Assembly: GCF_047601025.1 (NCBI RefSeq)
Contig: NZ_JASGJZ010000001.1
Span: forward strand, 5,290,691-5,354,690
Length of the DNA: 64,000 nt
Reading direction: 5' to 3'
DNA from: Pseudorhodoferax sp.
GTDB taxonomy: Bacteria; Pseudomonadota; Gammaproteobacteria; Burkholderiales; Burkholderiaceae_C
Positions 9,545 through 18,482 of the stretch are shown here, in pieces. Position 1 is the stretch's first letter. Each line of letters begins with the position of its first letter. The notes below the pieces were generated by a model. The model had not been told where the DNA came from. It saw only the letters and a program-made list of their open reading frames with translations, and made no database searches. A program made the translations under genes and the position numbers.

Positions 9545-9656
9545 AGCCGCCGGCCACCGGGGTGCGCCGAGCGCGCCCCTCGTGCTCGCATTCCTGACCG
9601 CGCCTGCCCCAGCGGATGGCGCGGCGTTTCCTATTGCGCCGCAAGACAAGCATCCC

Positions 9657-10856
9657 ATGACCACCGCCGCCATCGACGCCCCCCAGGAAAAGCCGACCTC
9701 CTGGAGCGGCGTGTTCGCCCTGGCCGCCTGCGCCTTCGCGCTGATCGCCTCCGAGTTCCTGCCCGTCAGCCTGCTGACGCCCATGGCAAGCAACCTGCGC
9801 GTCACCGAAGGCCGGGCCGGCCAGGGCATCGCGGTCTCGGGCGCCTTCGCCGTGCTCACCAGCCTGTTCATCTCGGCGCTGGCCGGCGGCCTCAACCGCA
9901 AGACACTGCTGCTGGGGCTGACGGCGGCGATGGGCGTGTCCGGCGCGATCGTCGCGCTGGCGCCCAACTACGCCACCTACATGCTGGGCCGGGCGCTGAT
10001 CGGCGTGGTCGTCGGCGGCTTCTGGTCCATGTCGGCGGCCACGGCGATCCGGCTGGTGCCGGCACGCGACGTGCCGCGTGCCCTGGCCATCGTCAACGGC
10101 GGCAACGCGCTCGCCACGGTGGTGGCCGCGCCGCTGGGCGCGTACCTCGGCACCGTCATCGGCTGGCGCGGCGCGTTCCTGTGCCTGGTGCCGGTGTCGC
10201 TGATCGCACTGGCCTGGCTGTGGAGGACGCTGCCCTCGATGCCCGCTGCGGCACGCGCCCCTGGCATCGGCCATGTGTTCAAGGTGTTCACCCTGTTCGG
10301 GCATCCGGGCGTCGCCGTGGGCATGCTGGCCGGCAGCCTGCTGTTCATGGGGCAGTTCTCGTTGTTCACCTACGTGCGGCCCTTCCTGGAAACGGTCACG
10401 GGCGTGCATGGGGCCTCGATCTCGCTGATCCTGCTGGTGATCGGCGCGGCAGGCTTTGCCGGCACCGCGCTCATCGGCAGTGTCCTGCAACGCCGCTTCT
10501 ACCGGACGCTGGTCGTCATCCCGCTGCTGATGGCCGCCACCGCGCTGGCTCTGGTCGCCTTCGGCGGCTGGACCACCGTCGTCGTCGCGCTGCTCGCGCT
10601 GTGGGGCCTGGCCGGCACCTCGGCGCCCGTGGGCTGGTGGGCCTGGATCGCCCAGGTGTTCCCCGAGGATGCCGAAGCCGGAGGCGGCCTGTTCGTCGCG
10701 GTGGTCCAGATGTCCATCGCGCTGGGCTCCACCGTGGGCGGGCTGCTGTTCGACCACAGCGGCTACCGCAGCACGTTCATCGCGAGCGCCATGCTGCTGG
10801 TGGGCTGCGCCGTGCTGACGATCGCCACCGCGCGCCAATCCGCAGCGCATGCGTGA
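9657..10856 (+). CDS. MFS transporter
   Basis: Twelve-TMS-like hydrophobic profile. An MFS loop motif is present (ALAGGLNRKTLLL). Internal Met at 9657 chosen. Confidence 0.85.
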   Translation: MTTAAIDAPQEKPTSWSGVFALAACAFALIASEFLPVSLLTPMASNLRVTEGRAGQGIAVSGAFAVLTSLFISALAGGLNRKTLLLGLTAAMGVSGAIVALAPNYATYMLGRALIGVVVGGFWSMSAATAIRLVPARDVPRALAIVNGGNALATVVAAPLGAYLGTVIGWRGAFLCLVPVSLIALAWLWRTLPSMPAAARAPGIGHVFKVFTLFGHPGVAVGMLAGSLLFMGQFSLFTYVRPFLETVTGVHGASISLILLVIGAAGFAGTALIGSVLQRRFYRTLVVIPLLMAATALALVAFGGWTTVVVALLALWGLAGTSAPVGWWAWIAQVFPEDAEAGGGLFVAVVQMSIALGSTVGGLLFDHSGYRSTFIASAMLLVGCAVLTIATARQSAAHA

Positions 10857-10937
10857 TCGCATGGACGCGCCGAACCACCGCATGGGGAGCCTGTCCATTT
10901 CCTGCCGCAGGAGGGACCACGCGGCGCGCGCGTCCCG

Positions 10938-12347
10938 TCAGGCCCGGCGCGGCAGAGAAGCGGACGGCTGAAGGCGCATGCCCATCGCCGCCGTGACCAG
11001 CGCAAGGCCAGCCGCCAGCAGCAGGCTGATGCGCATCCCCGCCATGAAACTGGGCGCCTGCGCCAGCAGCGCGCCGAATACCGCCACCGCCAGCGCGCCG
11101 CCCACCTGCCGGCTGGTATTGAACACGCCGCTGGCCGTGCCCGCCAGCGCGCCTGGCACGCTGGCCAGCAACACCGCCGTCACCGGCGGCGCGACGAAGG
11201 GCCCGGCCAGGCCCACCAGCACCATCCATGCGGCGATCCAGGTCACCGGCGCCGTGGCCGGCAGCGCCGCCACGGCCACCAGCCCGGCCGCCATGCTCAC
11301 CAGGCCGCACACGATCATGGCGCGCGCGCCGAAGCGGCGCACCAGGCGCGCACTGAACGGCGTGAGCACCAGGCCGACCAGCATCATCGGCAGGAAAGCC
11401 ACGCCGGTTTGCGGCGCCGACAGGCCGCGCTGCTGCTGCAGGTACAGGCTCATCACGAACGGCAGGCCGAAGTAACCGACCATGAAGGTGAAGCCCACCG
11501 CCATGGAAATGCGGGCGTTGCGGGGCGCCAGCAGGCCTGCGGGCACCATGGGGTGCGCCCCGCGCAGCTGCGACCCGGCGAAGGCGGCCAATGCCAGCAG
11601 CGCCAGCGCGAAGGCCGCCAGCACCGGCCTGGCGCCAAGCCCCTGCACGCCGGCCTCGATGGCTCCGTAGACCAGCGCACCCATGGCGAGCACGGCCGTC
11701 GCCTGCCCCACCGCATCGAAGGGCACGGAACGGCGCGGCGACGCCGGCGTGCGCGCCAGGAACACCAGGGTCGCCAGGCCGACCGGCAGGTTGGCGAAGA
11801 AGATCCAGCGCCAGTCCAGCGACACCAGCCAGCCGCCGATGACCGGGCCGGAGGTGGCCGCCACCGCACCGCCCATCGCCCACCAGGCCACCGCCTGCCC
11901 GCGCCGGATCGGGTCGGGATACGCCTGCCGGACCAGCGCCATGGACGCCGGCATCATCGCCGCCGCACCGATGCCCTGCGCCAGCCGCGCAGCAACCAGC
12001 ACCGGCAGCGAAGGCGCCCATCCGCACGCGATCGAAGCCAGCACGAAGACCGCCAGCCCCATGCCGAAGGCCCGGCGTGCGCCGATGCGGTCGGCCAGCG
12101 CCCCGGCCGACAGCAGCAGCGCCCCGAACATCAGCGTGTAGCCGTCCACCACCCATTGCAGGCCGTCCACGCCGGCGCCGAGGTCGTGGGCCAGCGTGGG
12201 CAGCGCCACGTTGACCACGACGGCGTCCAGCGTGATGACGAAGAACCCCAGGAGGGCCGCGATCAGTGTCGCCAGCGCGCGGCGCTGCTCCCCTGGCGCC
12301 AAGGCATCCGGTCCGTGCGTGGATGCAAGGCCTGGCTCCGGCGGCAT
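10938..12347 (-). CDS. MFS transporter, DHA2 (EmrB/QacA-like, 14-TMS) family
   Basis: FFVITLDAVVVNVALPTLAHDLGAGVDGLQWVVDGYTLMFGALLLSAGALADRIGARRAF is the canonical DHA2 N-terminus. About 470 aa from the Met at 12347. Confidence 0.8.
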   Translation of the reverse strand: MPPEPGLASTHGPDALAPGEQRRALATLIAALLGFFVITLDAVVVNVALPTLAHDLGAGVDGLQWVVDGYTLMFGALLLSAGALADRIGARRAFGMGLAVFVLASIACGWAPSLPVLVAARLAQGIGAAAMMPASMALVRQAYPDPIRRGQAVAWWAMGGAVAATSGPVIGGWLVSLDWRWIFFANLPVGLATLVFLARTPASPRRSVPFDAVGQATAVLAMGALVYGAIEAGVQGLGARPVLAAFALALLALAAFAGSQLRGAHPMVPAGLLAPRNARISMAVGFTFMVGYFGLPFVMSLYLQQQRGLSAPQTGVAFLPMMLVGLVLTPFSARLVRRFGARAMIVCGLVSMAAGLVAVAALPATAPVTWIAAWMVLVGLAGPFVAPPVTAVLLASVPGALAGTASGVFNTSRQVGGALAVAVFGALLAQAPSFMAGMRISLLLAAGLALVTAAMGMRLQPSASLPRRA

Positions 12348-12542
12348 CACGGCATCAGCAGCGCCGTGTTGGCGCGGCGCCCATCCATAGGCTCGATGCC
12401 GCGGGGCACGGCCACGGGCCGGAGCCGCAGACGCAGGTGGCGGCGATGCGCGCGATGGCATCGGCGGGTTGGGGAACGGCGTGGGCGGGACATTCCTCGA
12501 GACGGATCTCGCGCGGCCCGTACGGCATGGCGGCCTGCATGG

Positions 12543-13346
12543 CTATCGCTTCTCCGCAGGCAGGGTCGCCAGATGCCGCTCCAGCGCCTCGCGTGCCCGG
12601 CTGGCGGCCGCGGCATCCACGCGCTCGCCCAGCACCTGGGCGAGCTGGCGCAGTTGCCCCGCCGTCAGGCCCACGTTCATGCCGATCTTCATGTGCGCCT
12701 GCAATTGCGGCTCGGCGCCGGGCAGCGCCGACAGCATGCCCACGGTGGCCAGTTCGCGGCTTGGCCAGTCGAGGTTGTCGCGCTCGAAGATGTCGCCGAA
12801 CAGGTGCGTGCGCAGGTACTCGTTCGCCGTGGGCGCGAAGTCGAACAGCGGCCCGCCGACCGGCCCACCCGAAAGCCGGGTCTGGTTGGCCGTGCCGGCG
12901 GCCAGCAGCGCATCGCCCTTCGGGATGGCGCGGCTGGGTTCGCGGCCGGGCGCATCCTGGATGCCGCGCTGCCGGCGTGCCTCCAGCACCTTCACCAGCA
13001 CGCCCAGCGCATTGAGGCTGCGCGGAAAGCCGGCGTAGGCGTAGAGCTGCACCAGGATCTCGCGCGCGTCGCTGATCGTCATGCCGGCGTCCAGCCCCTG
13101 GTTCAGGGCGGCATCGAGTCCGGCCATGTCGCCTGCGGCGGCGAAGGCGGCAATGGGCACGATGGCTTGCTGGCGGGCTGTGAGGGTGTCGCAAGCGCTG
13201 GACGCGCTGGCTGGAACTGGGTTCATCGGTCGGGTTTCCTGTGCGTGGGCGGCCTGGCTCGGTCCGGCGGCCAGCCCCAGCGCCACGGCGAGCGCGGCGG
13301 TGCTGCGGCGCGCACCACGGCGCTCAACGGGCGTTGTACTGTGCAT
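12543..13346 (-). CDS. Carboxymuconolactone decarboxylase (CMD/AhpD-like) family protein, two CMD repeats, signal peptide
   Basis: Motifs [19 protein letters not shown] and [36 protein letters not shown]; N-terminal export signal. Confidence 0.8.
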   Translation of the reverse strand: MHSTTPVERRGARRSTAALAVALGLAAGPSQAAHAQETRPMNPVPASASSACDTLTARQQAIVPIAAFAAAGDMAGLDAALNQGLDAGMTISDAREILVQLYAYAGFPRSLNALGVLVKVLEARRQRGIQDAPGREPSRAIPKGDALLAAGTANQTRLSGGPVGGPLFDFAPTANEYLRTHLFGDIFERDNLDWPSRELATVGMLSALPGAEPQLQAHMKIGMNVGLTAGQLRQLAQVLGERVDAAAASRAREALERHLATLPAEKR

Positions 13347-13722
13347 CGGTGACCTGCTCCATCCACTCGACGTTCTTGCCGTCCAGCGCCTCCTGGACGG
13401 CGATGTGCGTCATGGCGGTGGTGGGCGAAGCGCCGTGCCAGTGCCGGTGGCCCGGCGGGCACCAGACGACGTCGCCGGCGCGGATCTCGACGATGGGCCC
13501 GCCCTCGCACTGCGTCCAGCCGCAGCCGGCGGTGACGATCAGCGTCTGGCCCAGCGGATGGGTGTGCCAGGCCGTGCGCGCGCCCGGCTCGAAGGTGACG
13601 GCGGCGCACGACACGCGCGCCGGCGGGGGCGGATTGTTCAGCGGGTCGATGCGCACCGTGCCGGTGAACCACTCGGCAGGCCCTTTCAGGGAGGATTGGG
13701 AGCCGGCGCGTTTGAGTTCCAT
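13324..13722 (-). CDS. Cupin-domain protein
   Basis: Cupin metal motif [20 protein letters not shown]...[16 protein letters not shown]. Internal Met at 13722 gives 132 aa. Confidence 0.8.
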   Translation of the reverse strand: MELKRAGSQSSLKGPAEWFTGTVRIDPLNNPPPPARVSCAAVTFEPGARTAWHTHPLGQTLIVTAGCGWTQCEGGPIVEIRAGDVVWCPPGHRHWHGASPTTAMTHIAVQEALDGKNVEWMEQVTDAQYNAR

Positions 13723-13950
13723 GGTGTTTCCTTTCCGTGTTCGAGGCGGGCGTTGCCCGGCGTGGCCGCTTCCCCCGCGCGCTCCGTGCCGGCACGGAAC
13801 TCCTGGGTCGGCCGCGGCCTGCCGATCGCCGAAAAGCCTGCGAGAACGCGGCGCCTGCACAGGCCAGATGGTCTGCGAGGAACTGTAGGGCGCCTCCCAT
13901 TGACTGAGAAGATCGCAAGATCGACATACGATGGTGCAAGGCACTCACCA

Positions 13951-14889
13951 ATGACGAAGGAAAACCTCAACGACCTGCAAGCCTTCGTGGCCGTGGCCCG
14001 CGAGCGCAGCTTCACCCGCGCCGCAGCGCAGCTGGGGCTGTCGCGTTCGGCGCTGAGCCACGCGATGCTGGCCCTGGAAGCCCGCCTGGGCGTGCGGCTG
14101 CTGACGCGCACCACCCGCAGCGTGTCGACCACGCAAGCCGGGGCGAGGCTGCTGGACGCGGTGGCACCCCGGCTCGACGAGATCGAACTGGAACTGGGCT
14201 CGCTCAGCGCCCTGCGCGACAAGCCCGCCGGCACGGTGCGCATCACGGCGCACGACCACGCCATCTCCACCGTGCTCTGGCCGCGGCTGCTGCCGCTGCT
14301 CAAGGACTACCCCGACGTCCACGTCGAGTTCAGCGTGGACTATGCGTTCACGGACATCGCGGCCCATCGCTTCGATGCGGGCGTGCGCAGCGGCGACCGC
14401 GTGGACAAGGACATGGTCGCCGTGCGCATCGCGCCCGACCTGCGCATGGCCGTGGCGGCGTCACCCGGCTATCTGGCGGGCAGGACGCCGCCGCGGACGC
14501 CCCACGATCTCACGGAACACCATTGCATCAACCTGAGGCTGCCCACGCACGGCGGCCTGTACGCCTGGGAGTTCCAGAAGGCCGGGCGGGCCGTCAACGT
14601 GCGCGTGGGCGGCCAGGCCACATTCAACAACACCTTCCTGATGCTGCAGGCGGCGCTGGACGGGCTGGGCTTCGCCTTCGTGCCCCTGGACATCCTGCAG
14701 CCGCACATCGACGCCGGCCGGCTGGTGCCCGTGCTGGAGGACTGGTGGCCATCGTTCCCCGGCTACCACCTGTACTACGCGAACCGCAAGCAGATCGCGC
14801 CGGCGCTCGCCCTGGTGATCGAGGCACTGCGGTGGCATGCGGGGATGGAGCCTCGAAGCCACCCCGCCTCACCGCCGGGCCCTGCATAG
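13951..14889 (+). CDS. LysR-family transcriptional regulator (paralog of 6872..7771)
   Basis: LNDLQAFVAVARERSFTRAAAQLGLSRSALSHAMLALEARLGVRLLTRTTRSVSTT; C-terminus LEDWWPSFPGYHLYYANRKQ. Divergent from the cupin/CMD pair. Confidence 0.9.
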   Translation: MTKENLNDLQAFVAVARERSFTRAAAQLGLSRSALSHAMLALEARLGVRLLTRTTRSVSTTQAGARLLDAVAPRLDEIELELGSLSALRDKPAGTVRITAHDHAISTVLWPRLLPLLKDYPDVHVEFSVDYAFTDIAAHRFDAGVRSGDRVDKDMVAVRIAPDLRMAVAASPGYLAGRTPPRTPHDLTEHHCINLRLPTHGGLYAWEFQKAGRAVNVRVGGQATFNNTFLMLQAALDGLGFAFVPLDILQPHIDAGRLVPVLEDWWPSFPGYHLYYANRKQIAPALALVIEALRWHAGMEPRSHPASPPGPA

Positions 14890-14991
14890 CTTCCCGGATC
14901 AACGCTGACGCGGTTCTTCCGTGTCAGCGCCGGCCTGTCCGACAGGAGGCGAAACCGGCTCCACACCGGCACTCTCCCGCGCAGCGTCGAG

Positions 14992-17169
14992 TCAGAAGTC
15001 CACCTGGGCCGACAGCATCAGCGTGCGAGGAGCGCCCACGGTCGTATAACCCGAGGCTGTCACCCAGTAGGCCTTGTCGGCCACGTTCTCCAAGTTGGCC
15101 CGGAACACCACGGGCTTGTTGGCCAGCTTGGTAGCGTAGCGCGCACCGATATCCACGCGCGTCCAGCTCGGCATGCGCAGCGTATTGGCGGCGTCATAGT
15201 AGATGGCAGACGTGTTGATCACGCGGCCGTTCAGGCTCAGGCCCGGCACCCAGGGCAGGTCCCAGTCCAGGCCCAGGTTGAAAGTGCGGTCCGGCACGCC
15301 ATTGGCGTCCTTGCCCTGGTTCATGCCACCCTGCGTCCGGGTAAGCTTGGCATCGTTGAACGCGGCGCTGGCCATCACGCGCAGGCCACGCTGGACTTCA
15401 CCATAGGCCGTCAGCTCCAGGCCGCGGTTGCGCGTCTCGCCACCGAAACTGTAGATGTTGGTAACCGGATCGGTCATCGCGTTCGGACGCTTGATCTGGT
15501 ACAGCGCCGCCTGGGTGATCAGGCGACCCCAGTCGGCTTTCACGCCGACCTCGTACTGCTTGGACTTCTGCGGCGCGAACACTTCGCCAGCATTGGCCGT
15601 GCTGGCCCCGGCGACGCCACCGGCATTCAGACCCGCAGTGTAGTTACCGTACACCGAAACGTTCTGTACCGGCTTGAACACCAGGCCGACCAGCGGCGTG
15701 ACGGCATCGGCCTTGTAGCTAGTGGCACCGGTCTCGGCCTTCTGGTGGATGGTCTGGTCGCGCAGGCCCAAGGTGACGAGAAAGCGGTCGTTGACGAACG
15801 CCAGCGTGTCGGCCACCGCGAAGCTGGATTGCACCAGCTCGCCGGTTTTGGTGGGCGCAAGACGCGGGAATGTGATCGTCGGCAGGGGCGATGGGTTATA
15901 GATGTTGGAACTGGCAGGGGCCGTGGTCAGTTTGTAGAAGTAACCGCTTTCCCGCCCCATGCGGTTCGCGGAGACCACCACGGTATGGCCGACGCTGCCG
16001 GTCTTGAAGCGCGTGCGCACGCCGACTTCGCCGGACGTCGTCTTGTTGTATTCGTCGTAGTAGCCGTTGTTGACCGAGAAGTTTCCCTGCGAGTCGATGC
16101 GCAGATCCTGCGGCCTCGTCACGGCCGTCGGGAAGTTCTGGTCGCTGGAGACATCGCTGTAACCGATGCCGCCGTAGACCACGGTGCTGTCGTCGATGTC
16201 GTACTCGACGCGCGTGATCGCGGTCTTGGCCTCGTCTGTCAGCACCGTGCCAGGATTCCAGTTCGTGCGGGCATCCGGCACGGCCGGGACCTGCGTGATG
16301 CCCGCGCGGAAGGCGCTCTGCGGGCGAAACTCCGTGGTCTTGCCGCTGGAAGCCAGCAGGTCTGCGGACCAGCGCAGGCGGGCGCCGGTGTAGTCCACGC
16401 CCAGCGAACCCAGGTCCAGGCGCTGACGGCCACCATCGATATTGCCTTCTCCGTTGCGCCAGACCACGTTGGCACGCACGCCCCATTGGTTGTCCTCGCC
16501 GAAGCGACGGCCCACGTCCAGGTGGGCGCCGAACTGGGCCTTGCCCATGTAAGTGGCGGTCAGCCGGGTCAGCGGTGCGTCGCCCGCGCGTTTGGTCACG
16601 ACGTTGATGCTGCCGCCCACGCTGCCGTTCGGACCGACGCCATTGGTCAGCGCGCCGGGGCCCTTGAGCACCTCGACGCGTTCGATCACCTCCAGCGGCA
16701 TGCGGGTGGACGGGACCAGACCGTACAGGCCGTTCAAGCTGGTGTCGCGCGCAGAGACGCCGAAACCGCGGATTTGGAAGTCTTCGCCGTAGCCGCCGCG
16801 CGCCTGCAGCGTGCGCACGGAAGCGTCGTTCATGACCACGTCCGAGACGGTCAGGCCCTGCTGGTTCTCGATCAGCTCCAGGGTGTAGTTGGTCGTGCTG
16901 AACGGCACGTTCATGAGATCGGTGCGGCCCAGGATGCCCAGGTCGCCACCGCGAGCGAACTGGCCTCCCGAATAGGTTTTTTGCAGCCCGCCAATGGACT
17001 CGGCCTGGTCGGAGACGGTGACTTCGTTCAACTTGGCGTCCGTGGAAACCGCCTGGGCCGAGGCGCCTGCTGCCGCGATGGCGAGGCCGGCACTCAGGCC
17101 GTGGCGGATCAGGCGCGTCAGCGGCGCGTAGGGGAAATGCGGCTCATCGCGGTGAGTGTGCACGGACAT
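14992..17169 (-). CDS. TonB-dependent siderophore receptor (hydroxamate/FhuE-like type, no STN domain)
   Basis: Plug motifs (VMNDASVRTLQARGGYGEDFQIRGF, IERVEVLKGPGALTNGV). A beta-barrel ends in the terminal ...LMLSAQVDF. The start is ambiguous (17169 or 17229). Confidence 0.85.
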   Translation of the reverse strand: MSVHTHRDEPHFPYAPLTRLIRHGLSAGLAIAAAGASAQAVSTDAKLNEVTVSDQAESIGGLQKTYSGGQFARGGDLGILGRTDLMNVPFSTTNYTLELIENQQGLTVSDVVMNDASVRTLQARGGYGEDFQIRGFGVSARDTSLNGLYGLVPSTRMPLEVIERVEVLKGPGALTNGVGPNGSVGGSINVVTKRAGDAPLTRLTATYMGKAQFGAHLDVGRRFGEDNQWGVRANVVWRNGEGNIDGGRQRLDLGSLGVDYTGARLRWSADLLASSGKTTEFRPQSAFRAGITQVPAVPDARTNWNPGTVLTDEAKTAITRVEYDIDDSTVVYGGIGYSDVSSDQNFPTAVTRPQDLRIDSQGNFSVNNGYYDEYNKTTSGEVGVRTRFKTGSVGHTVVVSANRMGRESGYFYKLTTAPASSNIYNPSPLPTITFPRLAPTKTGELVQSSFAVADTLAFVNDRFLVTLGLRDQTIHQKAETGATSYKADAVTPLVGLVFKPVQNVSVYGNYTAGLNAGGVAGASTANAGEVFAPQKSKQYEVGVKADWGRLITQAALYQIKRPNAMTDPVTNIYSFGGETRNRGLELTAYGEVQRGLRVMASAAFNDAKLTRTQGGMNQGKDANGVPDRTFNLGLDWDLPWVPGLSLNGRVINTSAIYYDAANTLRMPSWTRVDIGARYATKLANKPVVFRANLENVADKAYWVTASGYTTVGAPRTLMLSAQVDF

Positions 17170-17227
17170 GGAGTTCTGGATAAAGGTAGAAGGACGCGTG
17201 GATACAAAGCGATGCTGGCGTCGAAAC

Positions 17228-17246
17228 ACAAATGAAAATACTTCCC
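17228..17246. promoter_or_regulatory. Weak Fur-box-like sequence upstream of the receptor gene
   Basis: ACAAATGAAAATACTTCCC matches about 11/19 positions of GATAATGATAATCATTATC. It lies in the only AT-rich patch upstream of the receptor. Confidence 0.25.
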
Positions 17247-17360
17247 AATCGCGAATGATTCTACGAGAGAGCCGGCGAGCCGGGTGACATCACCGGCCAA
17301 CGGTGCAACCTCTGCAATGCGCTCATAGAGCCGCGGCGACCAGGGTCCCGCGGCACTCCG

Positions 17361-18395
17361 CTACCGGGCGTGCCGGGCGAACGCTGCTTCGACCTGGCGC
17401 AAACTGCTCTCCAGCAGGCCCAGACTGCCAGCCATCAAGTACCAGCTGGCACCGTCCTGGTCGAGAAATACGACCTTCTTCTGCTTCCAGGCCCGGCTGT
17501 TGGCGACGACCGGCGTGGCAGCCATGGTCTCGGCCGCCTTGGGCTCGCCGAATGCAGCGTTGCGGTCCACCACGAACAGCCAGTCCGGCTCGCGCCCCAT
17601 CACGTCGGCGAGGTACTTGGCCTCGGCCGCCTGGCGCGTCTTCTGCTCGGCATCGGCGGCGGCCTTGGCGGCGGGGTCGTCCGTGGCGGCGGCGCGATTG
17701 GCCGGCGGCCTGCCGCTGCTCAGCCCCGCGCCGTCGGCCGGCGTCAGGACGGAGCGGATGCCGATCAGCTCGTACAGCATGCCGAAGCGCGCATCCGCCT
17801 GCTGGGGCATTACGCGGTTGCCGACGTTGAACATCACCAGTCCCGTGCCCTGCCCGGCCGCGCTCGCGTGCAGAGCACGTACCCAGGCGCGCAACGCATC
17901 GGCATGGTTGCGACCCAGCGCTTCCTGGCCGAGGGCAGTACCCAGCGCAACGAGGTTCCGGGCAACGCTCTCCACGAAGCGTGCGTTGTCGATCGACAGT
18001 TCGACGACCGGCGCGATGGCCTTGAACGCATCGGTCGAGCTGCCGCGCCCGCGCCCACCGGAGACGATGAGGTCGGGCTTGAGCGCCGCGAGTTGCTGCA
18101 CCTGCGGATTGGGCTGGCCCTCCTCGGCGCGGCCGGAGACCAGCTTCACGTACCGCTCGTGCGCATACTTGGCGAGCAGGTGCCTGGGCCAGCGGGCCGT
18201 GGACTCGCCGGCGGGCGGCGCCGGCACGATGGCGACCGCCGCGCCCAGGGCGTCCAGCGTGTCGAGCGCACCCAGGTTCAGCGCTGCGACCTTCCTGGCG
18301 GGCCCAATGGCCTGCGCGGACGAGGCGCCGGCCGTGAGCGCGTTCAGGGCCAGGGCTGCGGTGAAGGTGCGGCGGGACAATATCGGTGTTCTCAC
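17361..18395 (-). CDS. Siderophore-type periplasmic binding protein (FatB/CeuE-like ABC substrate-binding protein), orphan
   Basis: Signal peptide, then KVAALNLGALDTLDALG, LKPDLIVSGGR and DWLFVVDRNAAFG, typical of the class. No FecCD-type permease or ATPase gene is adjacent. Confidence 0.75.
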   Translation of the reverse strand: MRTPILSRRTFTAALALNALTAGASSAQAIGPARKVAALNLGALDTLDALGAAVAIVPAPPAGESTARWPRHLLAKYAHERYVKLVSGRAEEGQPNPQVQQLAALKPDLIVSGGRGRGSSTDAFKAIAPVVELSIDNARFVESVARNLVALGTALGQEALGRNHADALRAWVRALHASAAGQGTGLVMFNVGNRVMPQQADARFGMLYELIGIRSVLTPADGAGLSSGRPPANRAAATDDPAAKAAADAEQKTRQAAEAKYLADVMGREPDWLFVVDRNAAFGEPKAAETMAATPVVANSRAWKQKKVVFLDQDGASWYLMAGSLGLLESSLRQVEAAFARHAR

Positions 18396-18482
18396 GATGG
18401 TTCTCCTTGGGGATGAGCGCAGGCGCTCGGAAGACGGGCCCGCAGGCCCCGAGGCGCCGGGCCCGGCCCGGCTGCGAAAGCG

